Source of the DNA: Octopus sinensis
Taxonomy: Eukaryota
Assembly (NCBI RefSeq): GCF_006345805.1
Contig: NC_042999.1
Span: 167,834,001-167,898,000 of the forward strand
Length of the DNA: 64,000 nucleotides
Direction of reading: 5' to 3'
In this document: piece after piece, positions 1 to 14,078 of the stretch
Numbering within the stretch: the stretch's first letter is position 1
Layout: the number at the start of each line of letters is the position of its first letter
The notes under the pieces: model-generated
Database searches by the model: none
Seen by the model: only the letters and a program-made list of their open reading frames with translations
Told to the model about the DNA's origin: nothing
Made by a program: the position numbers and the translations under genes

Positions 1-211
1 TCTACCTTTTCCTTCTGACTTCATAACCCTTGATTCTTTTATCCTTCCACATTTGTTAAAATAAGTATCAATTGACTATGTTAGAAATAAATATTTTTTG
101 ACTAAGATGAAATATTTTCTTGGAGCAGAAAACCTAACTTTATTAAAAAGATTTTGCTTGCAACAAAAATAGTTTGGTTGTCAGCTTTGTTTTTGTGATA
201 GAAACTAAATT

Positions 212-1506
212 TAGGGTGGGGCAGAGAGGATGGACTTTTTGAAAAATTCAAAAAATCATTAATTTTAGCTACAAACAAATATTATTGACATCAGTGTGTA
301 TGTATTAAATTAGCATTTGTTAAAATCAAGTGTGGGAAACAACATCCATCATGTGGTGTCCGTTTTCATTGATGCATTTCTGAAGGCATTCTTAGAAGTT
401 AGCCTCCACTCTTTCCAGCAGTGCTCTGTCGATTTGGGCAACTTCCACGCAAATAGCTTTTTTCAAATCATCCAATGTCTGGGGCTTATGTGTATATGCA
501 CATGCCTTGAGGTTTCCCTACAAGAAATAATCACACATGGACAAGTCAGGGGACTGAGAGGGTCAAGGAATGTCAGTAAACCTGGAAATGAAGCAGTCAC
601 TGAAAAGAGGGTGAAGAACATCCATTGGTGCTCTAGCTGTGTGGGCCATTGCTCCATCCTGTTGAGACCACAGACATTGAATAGGCATACATTTTCATCG
701 TGATTCAGGCACAAAGAAGTTGTTTACCATCTCAATGTAACACTTGGAGTAACAGCATTTCCATTATTGTCTTCAAAAAAGTAAGGACCAATGGCAGCAG
801 CTTTTCCAACAGCACACCAGATCATCACTTTTGGGCTGTGCAGTGGTTTTCGTGCAGTTCTCTCAGATTCTCAAGAGCCCAATAACAGTAGTTCTGTTGA
901 TTCCCCATGCCATGGAGATGAAAATGAGTCTCATCACTCATTATCAAAATGAGGTTGTCATTTGCCTCAAAAATTGCTTCCATCTGACATGCCAAGTTAA
1001 GCCACTGTGCATAGTCCCATGGTTTCAACTGCTACCCAATTTGTATTGGTGGAAATGCATGTTTTCATGCAAAATAAGACTTACCGATCGATTACCGATG
1101 AAAGTTCAGTGGAATGCCTCTGAGCAGAGCAATTCAGCTTGTCTCACACATTCCACATTTTCCGGGATCTCTACCATTTGTGGTGCCCCCACCAGTCTCC
1201 TATTCATTAGTGTACCACATGTATGAAGTGCATTCACCCAATATAAGATTGTGTTAAGGGTGGGAACAGCCTAATTTCGGTGAATGTTGAAGTGGCAACG
1301 AAACTCATGCGGAACTTCTGTGACAGACTCATTATTCTTCATGTAACTGTCAGAGGCAAACATACAATGCTCTATCATCCACAGCATCATGGCTTCACTT
1401 GAAAAAAGAAAATGCTAAGCCACCATGGAGTGCATGGTACCTGTCAGACATTTGTCCTTCCCACTGGGGCCTTTTCAAAAACATCCGTCCTCTCTGCCCC
1501 ACCCTG
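212..1506 (-). mobile_element. Decayed Tc1/mariner DNA transposon, rosa/DD41D-like, with disrupted transposase
   Basis: TIRs: (t)agggtggggcagagaggatggactttttgaaaa at ~212 and tttcaaaaacatccgtcctctctgccccaccctg|TA at ~1473-1508. The minus strand gives IMSDETHFHL...VMIWCAVG...IGPYFFE...QQDGAMAH...ISRF...SPDLSMCDYFL with stops and frameshifts; D2-D3 spacing is about 41 after repairing one frameshift. Confidence 0.88.
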
Positions 1507-2774
1507 TACAAGTTGAATGTTGAATTAAAGTCCTTTCCTTAAAAGTTCTTCTAATCCACCACCCTTATCCTTAGAAATTGTCTTATTCTTTGATTCAGTT
1601 CTGGAAACAGGCTAAAAATTAGAATGTTCTAGTCAATGACATCTTTGTGTTTTACCTTTGGTTAACAGAATCAAAGAGCTTCACCTGCTAATTATCATTT
1701 TTGTTCTTAGATATATTACTTGGAGGAAAATATTACAATTCTTGAAAGGGCTTTCAAAAAAAAAAAATTATGATTCTGTATGGATTGCAATTGATTTTCT
1801 AAACCCTTTCAACAAATTTCTGTTTGAATGAAGCAAGGTTTAAATGACATTGGTGAGAACATAGCAGAAGCAGAATGGTAGGTCTGCCTTCAAGTCAGAT
1901 AAATAAGTATATAATATAGAGTAATAAGAAATACAGAGATGTGTGTGTGTGTGTGTGTGTGTGCTTGAAGTTGGCGATTGATGTACACTGCTACTTGGAG
2001 TTTCTTTCCAGATATGATCCATCAGGTGACAAAAAGATCTTCTGAAGGACTTGCACATGTTAAGAAACTCTGAGTTGTGTTGAGGTCAATCATTGACCTT
2101 GAAACTAACAGATAAACTCTGCTACATTTTTTGAGTATCGTTTCCCCTGTTTCTTTACCCAAATACATACACACATACATGCATACATGTATAGACATTA
2201 TATTGGCTATCTTAATCCAAAGATTAAACAGACTAGACATGCATTAAAGGATTTAATGCAAAATAATATTTAGTGATTATTATATTAATTTCTTCAGTTT
2301 TACAGAAGTACTCGTCATTTCTATCAAATCTGAGAACTACATGGAAAAGTGATAATGTAAATACATACACGCACACACACACACATAGTATAAAATATAT
2401 TCAACTGTTGCCTTTCTCAAGGAATCATGATATGAATACGCAATTCATGTTGATGAGTATACAACTTATTTAAACTGAATTCCTTTCTCATGACTCAAGT
2501 GTGACATATTCAGTTTAAGTATAAGCATTTGTGTTTGTTTAAATGACCTATGTGTGAATGCAGGTATAATTGCAACACATAAGATATACCCTACTTATAC
2601 GGACTCTAAAACCCACTGTACATATACATATATATATAAATATGTGTGTGTGTGTGTGTAGTAAATTAACTTTTAGCTGATAATTATTATATAAGCAATA
2701 ATGTAACTGAATAAAAAAAAAAGGGTCAAGGGTTCTTAAGGCTGATTTCTCAAATTCTGTGGCATATATTTTTC

Positions 2775-2959
2775 GCCACCCCTTGAACAGGAAGACACTG
2801 ACCCATTGCAGGATTACTCATTTTCATCAGCTGAGTGGACTGGAGCAACATGAAATGAAGTGTTTTGCTCAGATTAGAGCACATTACTGGGTCCAAGAAT
2901 CATAAGCATAGTTTTACAATCATAAGTGCAACACCCTAACTACAAGCCATGCACCTCCA
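2775..2959 (-). mobile_element. tRNA-derived SINE, family D (diverged)
   Basis: Minus-strand tRNA-like head (tggaggtgcatggct...gttagggtgttgca) plus a core gagcaaaacacttcatttcatgttgctccagtccactcagctg; second copy at 62686-62880. Confidence 0.7.
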
Positions 2960-3004
2960 CATGTAACTGAATACATTCAGTATATTTGAATGTGTGAATA
3001 CTTA

Positions 3005-3376
3005 TCTCTCTATATATAAATGGCAGTTTGTCTGTGTGTGTTTCTGTGTGTCTGTCTGGTTGTACCCTCACCCTGACCATGGCTTTCAACCGATTCTGAT
3101 GAAACTTAACACACACATAGCCCAAAGTCATAATTCAAAACTAACGCAGCGAAAATTTTGAAAAGTTCCCCCAGTTCTGAAAAAAATCGATAAATTCGAC
3201 ATGGGGACGAGAATCAGAAACACAAGCCACAGACCGTCTAGGGGACGCAACTCGACCTTTTTAACTAAAAAAAAAATTTACCATCATTTTTTTTCCATTT
3301 TTTGGCTATAACTCTCTAAAAATGCTTTATAGTTATTTCCCTTACAAACCCGAGCAACGCCGGGTGATACTGCTAG
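3005..3376 (+). mobile_element. Non-autonomous Helitron (alternative 5' module)
   Basis: A|TC start (tctctctatatataaa), 3' hairpin acccgagcaacgccgggt then CTAG|T; last ~75 bp shared with the other Helitrons in the window. Confidence 0.8.
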
Positions 3377-3584
3377 TTCTCTATACAACTTCCAGCTTTG
3401 GTTGGCTGGGTCCTGGCCATCTTGCTACATGTTCTTTCATCGTCTTTTGCACAAAGCTCAAATCCTGAGTTCAGCTTTTACCACTTATGCCTCTGTCTTT
3501 GTCTTTCTCTTCCACAGTTGCTTTCTACTTTACCCACCTTACACACATACATGCTGTTATTATATATGTAATGTTTCTTCCACA

Positions 3585-3983
3585 TCTTTATATATGAAAG
3601 AGAGGTTGTGTGTCTGTCTTCTACGATTTAGATTCCTAACTACTCCCACATTTTGCAGTGCAGTTTAACCAAAACCGGGTATCTTATAGTCGTGATTCAT
3701 ATTGAGACCTTCTGGGTAATTAGCGCACATCTATGATGAGTCTACGATTTAAAAAAAAATTTACCATCATTTTTTTCCATTTTAATGCATTTTTTTGCTA
3801 TTATATAAGGGAAGTAACTCTCTAAAAATATCTACGATGTGTCAACGATTTTTTAAAAAATTTACCATAATTTTTTTTCCATTTTTGATGCATTTTTTTG
3901 CTATTTTTTGGCTATAACTCTCTAAAAATGCTTATATAGTTATTTCCCTTACAAACCCGAGCAACGCCGGGCGATACTGCTAG
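3585..3983 (+). mobile_element. Non-autonomous Helitron
   Basis: A|TC start, ...cccgagcaacgccgggcgatactgCTAG|T end, no TSD, internal ~80-bp module duplicated. Confidence 0.85.
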
Positions 3984-4024
3984 TAATTTATATATCTGTG
4001 TGGGTGGATGGATGTTGTGTGTGT

Positions 4025-4065
<41 letters not shown>

Positions 4066-4106
4066 AAGAAATTAATATATTTGATTTGGAATATTACTAA
4101 TGTCTC

Positions 4107-4335
4107 TAAGACAGTGAGCTGGTAGAATTGTTGGCGGCACACCAAGCAAAATGCTTAGTGGCATTTTGCCCATCTGTACTGCTTAGTTCAAATTCCATTG
4201 AAGCCGACTTTGCCTTTCATCCCTCTCGGGATTGATAAATAAGTACCAGTTGAACACTGAGGACGATATAAACAAATTATATAAACCCCCTCCCCTGAAG
4301 TTGCTGGCATTGTGCCAAAATTTGAAACCAATATT
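4107..4335 (+). mobile_element. tRNA-derived SINE, family E (diverged)
   Basis: Head gagctggtagaattgttgg...gttcaaattcc, body gactttgcctttcatcc...taagtaccagtt; matches the younger copy at 57978-58210. Confidence 0.7.
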
Positions 4336-4506
4336 ACAGGTGTTTCTATTCATATGCAGCACTCAGAACTTTGAAATGTTTTCCATATTGACTTCTTGTG
4401 AATAGAAAAAATTTATTCACATATTAACTGATGATAATCAGGGATAATGACATTCAAATCTTATTTTCAACATTACAGAATTTGTCTATATATATATATA
4501 TATATT

Positions 4507-4601
<95 letters not shown>

Positions 4602-4602
<1 letters not shown>

Positions 4603-5002
4603 TCTTTTTACTTGTTTCAGTCATTTGACTGCAGCCATGCTGGAGCACTGCTTTTAATCGAGCAACTCGACCCTGGGACTTATTCTTTTGTAAGCCCAGT
4701 ACTTATTCTATCGGTCTCTTTTGCTGAACCACTAAGTAACGGGGACATAAACACACCAGCATCGGTTGTCAAGCAATGCTAAGGGGACAAACACAGACAC
4801 ACAAACACACACACACATATATATATATACGTATATACAATGAGCTTCTTTTTCAGTTTCCGTCTACCAAATCCACTCACAAGGCTTTGGTCGGCCCGAG
4901 GCTATAGTAGAAGACATTTGCCCAAGGTGCCACGCAGTGGGATTGAACCCAGAACCATGTGGTTGGTAAACAAGTTACTTACCACACAGCCATTCCTGTG
5001 CC
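4602..5002 (-). mobile_element. tRNA-derived SINE, family A (internal CA/TA microsatellite, gtaaaaga tail)
   Basis: Near-identical ~400-bp copies at 7196, 19536, 23341, 31161, 39841 and 63803; tRNA-like head ggc(g/a)caggagtggctgtgtggtaagtagcttg...gggttcagtcc. Confidence 0.9.
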
Positions 5003-6737
5003 TATATATATATAGGTACAGGCATGGCTGTGCAGCTAAGAGGTTCAATTTCCCAACATATGGTTCCAAGTTCAGTTCCATTGCATATTACCTTGAGCAA
5101 GTGTCTCTTTGATTGAACAAGATCCTTGTGAGTGGGTTTGGTAGACAAAAACTGAAAAATGCTCTACATGTGTGTGTGTGTGTGTGTGTGTGTGCTTTGT
5201 ATCTCTTAACCTTTAATATATAATAAATAATGAATTTTTCAGGGACTGCTTTAGGTGTTTCAATATCTGCACTGGCTGCCTCACCAGTTATCTTTACAAT
5301 ACAAACCAACCCATAGAAACCTTTTTCTTCTTCAGTTCATCAAAAGAATACATTTTCATATCAGAAATTATGGTATTTTCTCTCAATGGAATCGTTTTAT
5401 GGTTCAAGTCTTCCACCTGTAATGTTTATAACTTCTCGATTTGTTCCACTAATTTACCACAAAAATAATTCATTTGAACTACGCTTTCTCTGGTATCGTA
5501 GCAGTGAAAATAGAATGACTTGGATAAATTTCGAATTAGTATGAATCAAAGAGACAAAGCATCAAGGTAACTTGTGTGTGTGTGTGTGCGTGCGCGCGCG
5601 TGCGTGCGTGCGTGTGTGGTTGGCATAATTTTTCAGTTACTTAAGTTCTTGAAGGAAAGAAAATTAGTCTTATTGTTTTATTGAAATAAGCTTACATGCA
5701 CACACACACATTGTGTGTGTATACATTAAACTCATATCCCAAGATGCCATATAGAGGGTTTGGAATCAGAGCATTGTGATTTAGATATAAACATTGAGCC
5801 TATATACATGCATACACTCATATACATATACAAACATACATTTAGATATACATATAAATAAACATATATATACACACGCATATACATACATATTAAATAA
5901 GAATTAATTTCATATTAAATTTTATTCTTAATACACCCAGTTCCTGGTTTTTTTTTTGGTTTTTTTTTGATTTTCATTTTTAAGGATTCACCTCTCTCTT
6001 TTTTTTAAAACTGAATGTTAAAAAATAGTAGAAGATAAGTTTTTAATGTCTGCAATGTGTTTTAAACAAGTGCTATGGTTAGTCAGGGAAACAACCATGT
6101 CATGCTATGCCTGACATTGCCACTGATTTTCTTGTTTATATGTAATGTCATCTGCTTTTTAAGTGTCCCTTTTCCACAGATGTATTTGTGATAAATATCT
6201 CAGCATGCTCACAGCAGGATAAAAGGAAGTTTTAGCTTTAAGTAATAGCAGAATAGAAATTTCTCTTTGATTTTTATTATTTGAATGACTGCATGGATAA
6301 TTAAATATTTTTTTCTAAACAAACAGTTATGATTAAATAATTTGATGATTATAATTAAAAAGAGCAAAAAAATGGGGGGGAAAAATCTACTTAGATACTG
6401 TTGTAGAATGATATCTTTTATATAATAGGCTCTTGATAAAAGACTGTATACATACACATCAGTAGTGCTCGAGATTGCAAAAATCTTAGAATAAATATGA
6501 TGACTTGACAAAGTAAATTTCTCGCAAATGCAGAATGAGATAATCAAAAACACTAGTGTGGCTTGCCCAGCAGTTCTCAAACTAATAAATACTTGGTCCT
6601 TTCCCCTCCATCAAAATATTACTGAAGCTTTCTGATCCCCCTACTTCTTTATTAATGAGAAGACAAAACAGCCTGCATCCATATCTTTGTTTGTGAAAGT
6701 GCTGAAAAAATTTAACCCTTTTTTGTTATCTTTTCAT

Positions 6738-7132
6738 CTTTTACTTATTTCAGTCATTGGACTGCTGCCATGCTGGGGCACTACCTCAAGGCATTTAGTC
6801 AAACAAATAATCAACCCAGTACTTTATTTTGGTTTTGTTTAAGCCTAGTAATTATTTTATTGGTCTCTAATGCTGAACAGCTAAGTTATAGGAATATAAA
6901 CAAACCAGCACCAGTTGTCAAATGGTGGTGGGGGAAAAAACACACACACACACACACACACACATTACAGGCTTCTTTCAGTTTCCATCTTCCAAATCCT
7001 CTCACAAGGCTTTCGTTGGCCCAGAGCTATAGTAGAAGACACTTGCCCAAGGTGCTGTGCAGTGGGACTGAACTCAAAACTATGTGATTAAGAAGCAAAC
7101 TTCTTACCACACGACCAACCATATCTGCACCT
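6738..7132 (-). mobile_element. SINE family A, older diverged copy
   Basis: Colinear but diverged match to the adjacent young copy. Confidence 0.75.
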
Positions 7133-7195
7133 GTGTTAGCATATTTTTGTTAAAAAAAAATTCTGACTTCATTTTAATTAACTTTGAAAATAATA

Positions 7196-7593
7196 CTCTT
7201 TTACTTGTTTCAGTCATTTGACTGCGGCCATGCTGGAGCACCACCTTTAATCGAGCAACTCGACCCCGGGACTTATTCTTTGTAAGCCCAGTACTTATTA
7301 TATCGGTCTCTTTTTGCCGAACCGCTATATGACGGGAACGTAAACACACCAGCATCGGTTGTCAAGCAATGCTAGGGGGACAAATACAGACACACAAACA
7401 CACACACAAACATATATATATACATATAGACGACAGGCTTCTTTCAGTTTCCGTCTACCAAATCCACTCACAAGGCTTTGGTTGGCCCGAGGCTATAGTA
7501 GAAGACACTTGCACAAGGTGCCACGCAGTGGGACTGAACCCAGAATCATGTGGTTGGTTAACAAGTTACTTACCACACAGCCACTCCTGCGCC
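7196..7593 (-). mobile_element. SINE family A
   Basis: Full head-to-tail match to the other family A copies. Confidence 0.9.
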
Positions 7594-8767
7594 TAATGAT
7601 GAATTTAGTAAAATAAATTTATCACTAAATCTTGTTCAGGTTTGCTCTCCAGAGAGAAACTTTCTTAGTGCAGACACTTCAACAACCTTGATTAATAGAA
7701 ATTGTTTGTGTATATGTTAGTGGCAGAGTGGGGTGAGAAAGTTTGATTCCTTACCATGTAGTTTTAAGTTCAATCCCACTGTACTGCACCTTAAGCAAAT
7801 TTCTACTATATCACTAGGCCAACCAAAGCCTTGTGATCAGATTTCGTAGATAGAGAGAAACTAAAAGAAGACCTGTGTGCATCTGTGTGCATCTGTGTGC
7901 ATCTGTGTGCATCTGTGTGTAGATACAGGAATGTGCTCGTGCGTTTACACCTTCTCTTATTTATACGAAAGTATGGTGCATGGTGTTGCTATCAGTTTCT
8001 CTTACCAATAAATTGTTGACGAATGCTTTGTGCCATGGAAGTCATGTGAAGTAAGTGATCTCTTATCTGAAGGGTTGTAAGGGTTAGTTTCAGGAAGGGC
8101 ATCTGCCTGTAGAACAATATCCCAAACAACATATAACAACATATTTCTCCATCCCATACAAGCATGGAAAAACATGGAAAAATTAATGAGAGTTTTACAC
8201 ACATGCACACATATAACTAAAGAGTGTTTGCAGAGAATTTTGGCATTCAACCATTAGTCACTGATTCAGTCACTTAAAAATCAACATTTCTAGGGCTGCT
8301 AGTTCATGGCTTCATTGAACCCATACATATTCATTCTCTAGACACTACCCTAGAAGCATGAATGTGTGTGTGTGTGTGTGTGTATGAATGCATGTATGAA
8401 TATATGTATGTATATCTATAAATGTTTATGTGTATGTGTGTATGAATGTATGTATGTATATCTGTGTGTGTGTGTGTGTGTGTGTGTTGTGTGTGTGTGT
8501 GTATGGAAAAATTTGAGGTACATCTTCAGAAAGCTTCCTATGTTTGACAATATGATATTCTCTTGGGACACATCACTGGACTAAAGAAACTCTGTGATTT
8601 TGTGGCTGGAATTTGACACCCTACTACTGAAACATTCTAAATTATTCTAGAGGCGTTACCAGTGCAACCATTCCACTCAGAAACATTTGTTACAGACAAA
8701 TATGACACACTTATTTATAGCTGAATATATGTATGTGTGTGTATATATACATAGGCTTACATCTATT

Positions 8768-8838
<71 letters not shown>

Positions 8839-8851
8839 GTGTGTGTGTGTG

Positions 8852-9168
8852 GTGGAGGCGCAATGGCCCAGTGGTTAGGGCAGCGGACTCGCGGTCGGAG
8901 GATTGCGGTTTCGATTCCCAGACCGGGCGTTGTGCGTGTTTATTGAGCGAAAACACTTAAAAGCTCCACGAGGCTCCAGCAGGGATCACCACCCCCTGCT
9001 GGAGCCTCGTGGAGCTTTTAAGTGTACTCTTTCACCACTCTTTCTCCCACTCTTTCTTCTTCTGTTGGCCTGCTCGCTTAGCCAGCGGGGTGGTGTCATT
9101 CGAAGGCTAAAACAATGCGAACGCATTGTGACCAGCGACGTGTAACCACATCTGGTCGGTCACGTGAT

Positions 9169-9175
<7 letters not shown>
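8852..9175 (+). mobile_element. tRNA-derived SINE family B2 (possibly octopus OR-type) with internal inverted duplication
   Basis: Head ggaggcgcaatggcccagtggttagggcagcggactcgcgg..., tail ...ggtcacgtgatcacgtgat; other copies at 16918, 22003 and 38478. Confidence 0.88.
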
Positions 9176-9199
<24 letters not shown>

Positions 9200-9584
9200 C
9201 AGATACATATACATCTGTATGTATTCATTTAACCAAAGCTGAGGTTTCTCTCCATTACTGCTGCAAATGTCTCAAAGTAATTTCATTCTTCATAGAGTGG
9301 AACCTCAGTTCAGATACATGTATTGAGTACTTATTTTGTCTTTGTATACTTAAGCATACATATGTGCACACATAAATAGGGCAATGACTTGGGCCAGTTT
9401 ACCTTGGTCAAACAGCTGAAGGCTAGTAAGCCATAATTCCAAAGTTGTCATCAGCCATTTTGTAATTGTCGAACAAACAGTTTGATGTTAAATTGTTTTT
9501 ATATATAACTTGGCATAAAAACAAACATTAATATATATATATATATATATATCGGTATGTATATATAGATGTGTGTGTGTGTAT

Positions 9585-9644
<60 letters not shown>

Positions 9645-9680
9645 ATACATACATATAGATGTGTGTGTGTATATATATAT

Positions 9681-10082
9681 GGGTGCGCTGAAAGTGTAGC
9701 TGCTAGAATAAGAATAGCCTGGGCAAAGTTCAGAGAGCTCTTACCTCTGCTAGTGACAAAGGGCCTCTCGCTCAGAGTAAAAGGTAGACTGTATGACGCA
9801 CGTGTACGAACAGCCACGATGCATGGCACCGAAATGTGGGCTGTGACTGCTGAGGACAGGCGTAAGCTTGCAAGGAATGAAGCCAGTATGATCGGATGGA
9901 TGTGTAATGTCAGTGTGCATACTCGACTGAGTGTAAGTCATTTCCTCGGTGAGACCTAAAGTTCGAAGGTCGTGCTTCACCACCTCATCCCAGGTTTTCC
10001 TGGGTCTGCCTCTTCCACAGGTTCTCTCAACCGCTAGGGTGTGGCACTTTTTCACACAACTATCTTCATCCATTCTCGTCAC
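9681..10082. mobile_element. RTE-clade LINE 3' fragments, rearranged tail-to-tail
   Basis: + strand ARIRIAWAKFRELLPLL...KGRLYDARVRTATMHGTEMWAVT (9681-9939); - strand RMDEDSCVKKCHTLAVERTCGRGRPRKTWDEVVKHDLRTLGL (9940-10082). Both are typical RTE RT C-terminal motifs. Confidence 0.85.
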
Positions 10083-10139
10083 ATGTATGTATAAGTTTTT
10101 AGTTATTGTTTTATGTTATTAATTATGTATATTAAGTCT

Positions 10140-11270
<1,131 letters not shown>

Positions 11271-11919
11271 ATGGTTGAATTTTTATATGCTTTATTAAAT
11301 TTTGTAGATAATTATTCATGTATTAACTTACACTTCTATTGCTTATTGTAAGAATTCTTTGTTTACGATTAATATTTGAAAGTTAATTTAAGGATATACA
11401 TTGTAATTACGGGAGATTAACACAGTATATTTACTTAATCATTCGGTCTTCTATTAACTAACCGTAACTGAGACATAGAAATTCAAATTTGTTAACCAAT
11501 TGGATATAGCTTATGATTAAAAATAATCGCTCCCTAACCCCCAAAAGTTTTGAAACTCTAAAATATTAATATATAACATATAACATGGCTCTTATAGCTA
11601 ATCTATTATTTCTTAACAAATGTTTTCTTTTTATGAAATATTCTATAAAAATATTCTCTGAAATCATATTAATTCGATGGAAAAACATACATATATGTAT
11701 AATTTAACTGTGACGTAAAGAAAAAAATCCTTATATAGATAGTAGTGTATATTTGTACGTATGTATATATATGCACATGTTGCTTCTATTTGTTGCCCAC
11801 ACGCATGGACTTGTGTGTATGAAGAAGAACAATATTGTATCTGTTTGTATTGATTGTGGGTTTAAAATTTATAAAATTAAATCTACCGTAATGAATTGTT
11901 TATAATGTATTGTAATATA

Positions 11920-12288
11920 TGATATATATAAAAGTAAGGTTGTGTGCTGTCTGTCTCCTACGATTTAGATTCCTAACTACTCCCACATTTGGTGGTGCAG
12001 TTTAACCAAAACCAGGTATCTTATAATCGTGATTCATATCGAGCCCTTCTGGGTATTAGCGCACGTCTACAATGAGTCTACGATTTAAAAAAAAATTTAC
12101 CATCAATTTTTCCCATTTTTAATGCATTTTTGGCATATATAAGGGAAGTAACTCTCTAAAAGTTTATTATTAAATCTCAGAACGTAAAAAGCTACAGTAA
12201 CACCCCCCACCTTTGTGGTTAGCCATATTGAGATGGCTATTATACTTTACATCTCTAAAAATGCTTATATAGTTATTTCCCTTACAAT
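11920..12288 (+). mobile_element. Non-autonomous Helitron, 3'-truncated variant
   Basis: Same 5' module as 3585 and 31725; stops at tagttatttcccttacaa and lacks the hairpin-CTAG end; carries a different ~90-bp internal segment. Confidence 0.75.
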
Positions 12289-12299
12289 CAACACAATTC

Positions 12300-13090
12300 A
12301 CTTAGCTTGACGTGTCTTCTCAAGCACAACAAATTGCCAGAAGTCTTGGTCACTTGTATCTTTTCTCCATTTTCAGAAATAAATATCAGTGAATATTTTG
12401 TGTAAATTTTTGATGAACAGTGTGTTTGTGAGTGTGTAACAACATTGGGTATGTTTACCAAATACAGCTATACTTAGTTCCTTAATTGCTTTGGGGAAAA
12501 TCATGAACAACACAACTCTTATTCTTGTATCCTGTTGAATCAGTTAGGCTTGTTGTTCTGTTGCATATAATGATTATTTATTCACGTTGTTTTGAATTAA
12601 TTATGATTTGAGATTTTGATGCTGTGTGTATATATTTTTCAAATGACATAGTAGGATAGATGTGAGAGGCCAGATCTGGCTAGTTAGAACATAAAATAGC
12701 CTCCATGAGGCTCAACAACTGAAGATCATATTTTACCATCTCATCCCATTCTCCCACAGGTTCTCTCCACAGTTAGAGACCAGTACTGCTTTACACAGCT
12801 GTCCTCATCCATACACATCTGACCATATCAGAACAGTCTTCTTTGTTGCACTCTACATCTGATACCTCTTACATACATATGTATATTTGTGTGTTATCTC
12901 CTTGCTTTGGCATCACGTGGTAGTTGTAAATAAGTGCCACAGCCAAACAAGCAGTGTTATTTATTTTCAGAATTCTGCAAAAGGCATGACTGGACATGGG
13001 GATATTCCTTTTCTTGGAAAGAGGAAGGGCATCTGACCATAGAAAAAAACCTACCTCTGCAAGCTTGAAAAAATGGACATTGAAGGATGA
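12300..13090. mobile_element. Decayed RTE-related repeat interrupted by a templated insertion (12350-12699)
   Basis: gaagtcttggtcacttgt ... gcctccatgaggctcaac...cacagctgtcctcatccat resembles the antisense RTE 3' region seen at 9940-10082. Confidence 0.55.
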
Positions 13091-13769
13091 TGATTTCCTT
13101 GTTTAAATTATTAGTAAAATGAAATACATTAAAGTTCTCTTTTGTTTTGCATGATTAACAAACTTCTATTTCAAACTGCATCAAGTTCTTCTCAGCCCTG
13201 AAGAACATTTAGTTTTTCCATCCCATATTGACCACTTATGCTTATGAAAAACAGCATATGTAAATATTGCATCAGAGGTGAAGTCAATTAATTTAATTTA
13301 TGTAAAATGTTAACTATTGATTCATTATGATTTAATTAATAAGTTAATAAAATAGGCTCTATTCCTATTTTATACTTGAATTATTAATTCTTTTTATCAC
13401 TGCTGCTTTACTTTTTTTTTATAACCACACTAGTTTATATGGGATGTTTTCTGTTATGCATATGCATTCTGATGGAGCAATTGTTTTCAGAACTGGATGC
13501 TTTTACTGCAGCTATGTATTTAGCTGAGAATTAGGTGTGGAATCAAAATGAAATTACTGAAAAACATTTGTTTTTAATAAAAAATATTAGCTTATGTCTG
13601 ATTTAATCGAATATCCATTTTAAATAATAAACAGTTTACTACTGTATTAAAATGGTTATGCTTTAATTTTTTTAATGATATTCTTTTGCTGGTTTTTATT
13701 TATCATTGGTTGTGGTCATACTGGGACTCCTCCTGCAAGGGTATTTCTTTTATTTCATCAAATATATCT

Positions 13770-13948
13770 CATCATCATCATTGTTCGACCGTGGTCGAGA
13801 CAATGGAATTTTCTATGCTACGCCAGACTTCACGGTCCATCATAGCATTACGGAGGTCCTGTTGCTGGATGCCTGTATCCCTGGAGATTACATCAGGGTA
13901 GGAGAGTGTGCACTCTCTGGTATCATGAGTAGATGGCTTCCAGAGGAG
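13770..13948 (-). mobile_element. RTE/RTEX-type LINE 3' end fragment
   Basis: Highly similar to 55123-55300; (GAT)n tail. Confidence 0.8.
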
Positions 13949-14039
13949 ATCTACCCCAACACTTGTTTCAATTTTATCAAAATTTGTTTCTCAAACTATT
14001 CAGTTACAGTCTTGACAGTACACACATGGACATACACAG

Positions 14040-14078
<39 letters not shown>

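Noticed and set aside
4840-5112. Recurrent ORFs such as QASFSFRLPNPLTR..., MLGGQTQTHK..., MVVIPAVLFHH...
   Set aside because: Chance frames in SINE families A and B; they recur only because the SINE does.
6180-6260. Strong acceptor tgtccctttttccacag
   Set aside because: All three frames stop within ~60 nt and there is no good donor.
8852-8930. tRNA-like sequences at SINE heads
   Set aside because: Embedded in SINE bodies without a complete acceptor stem; no genuine tRNA gene found.
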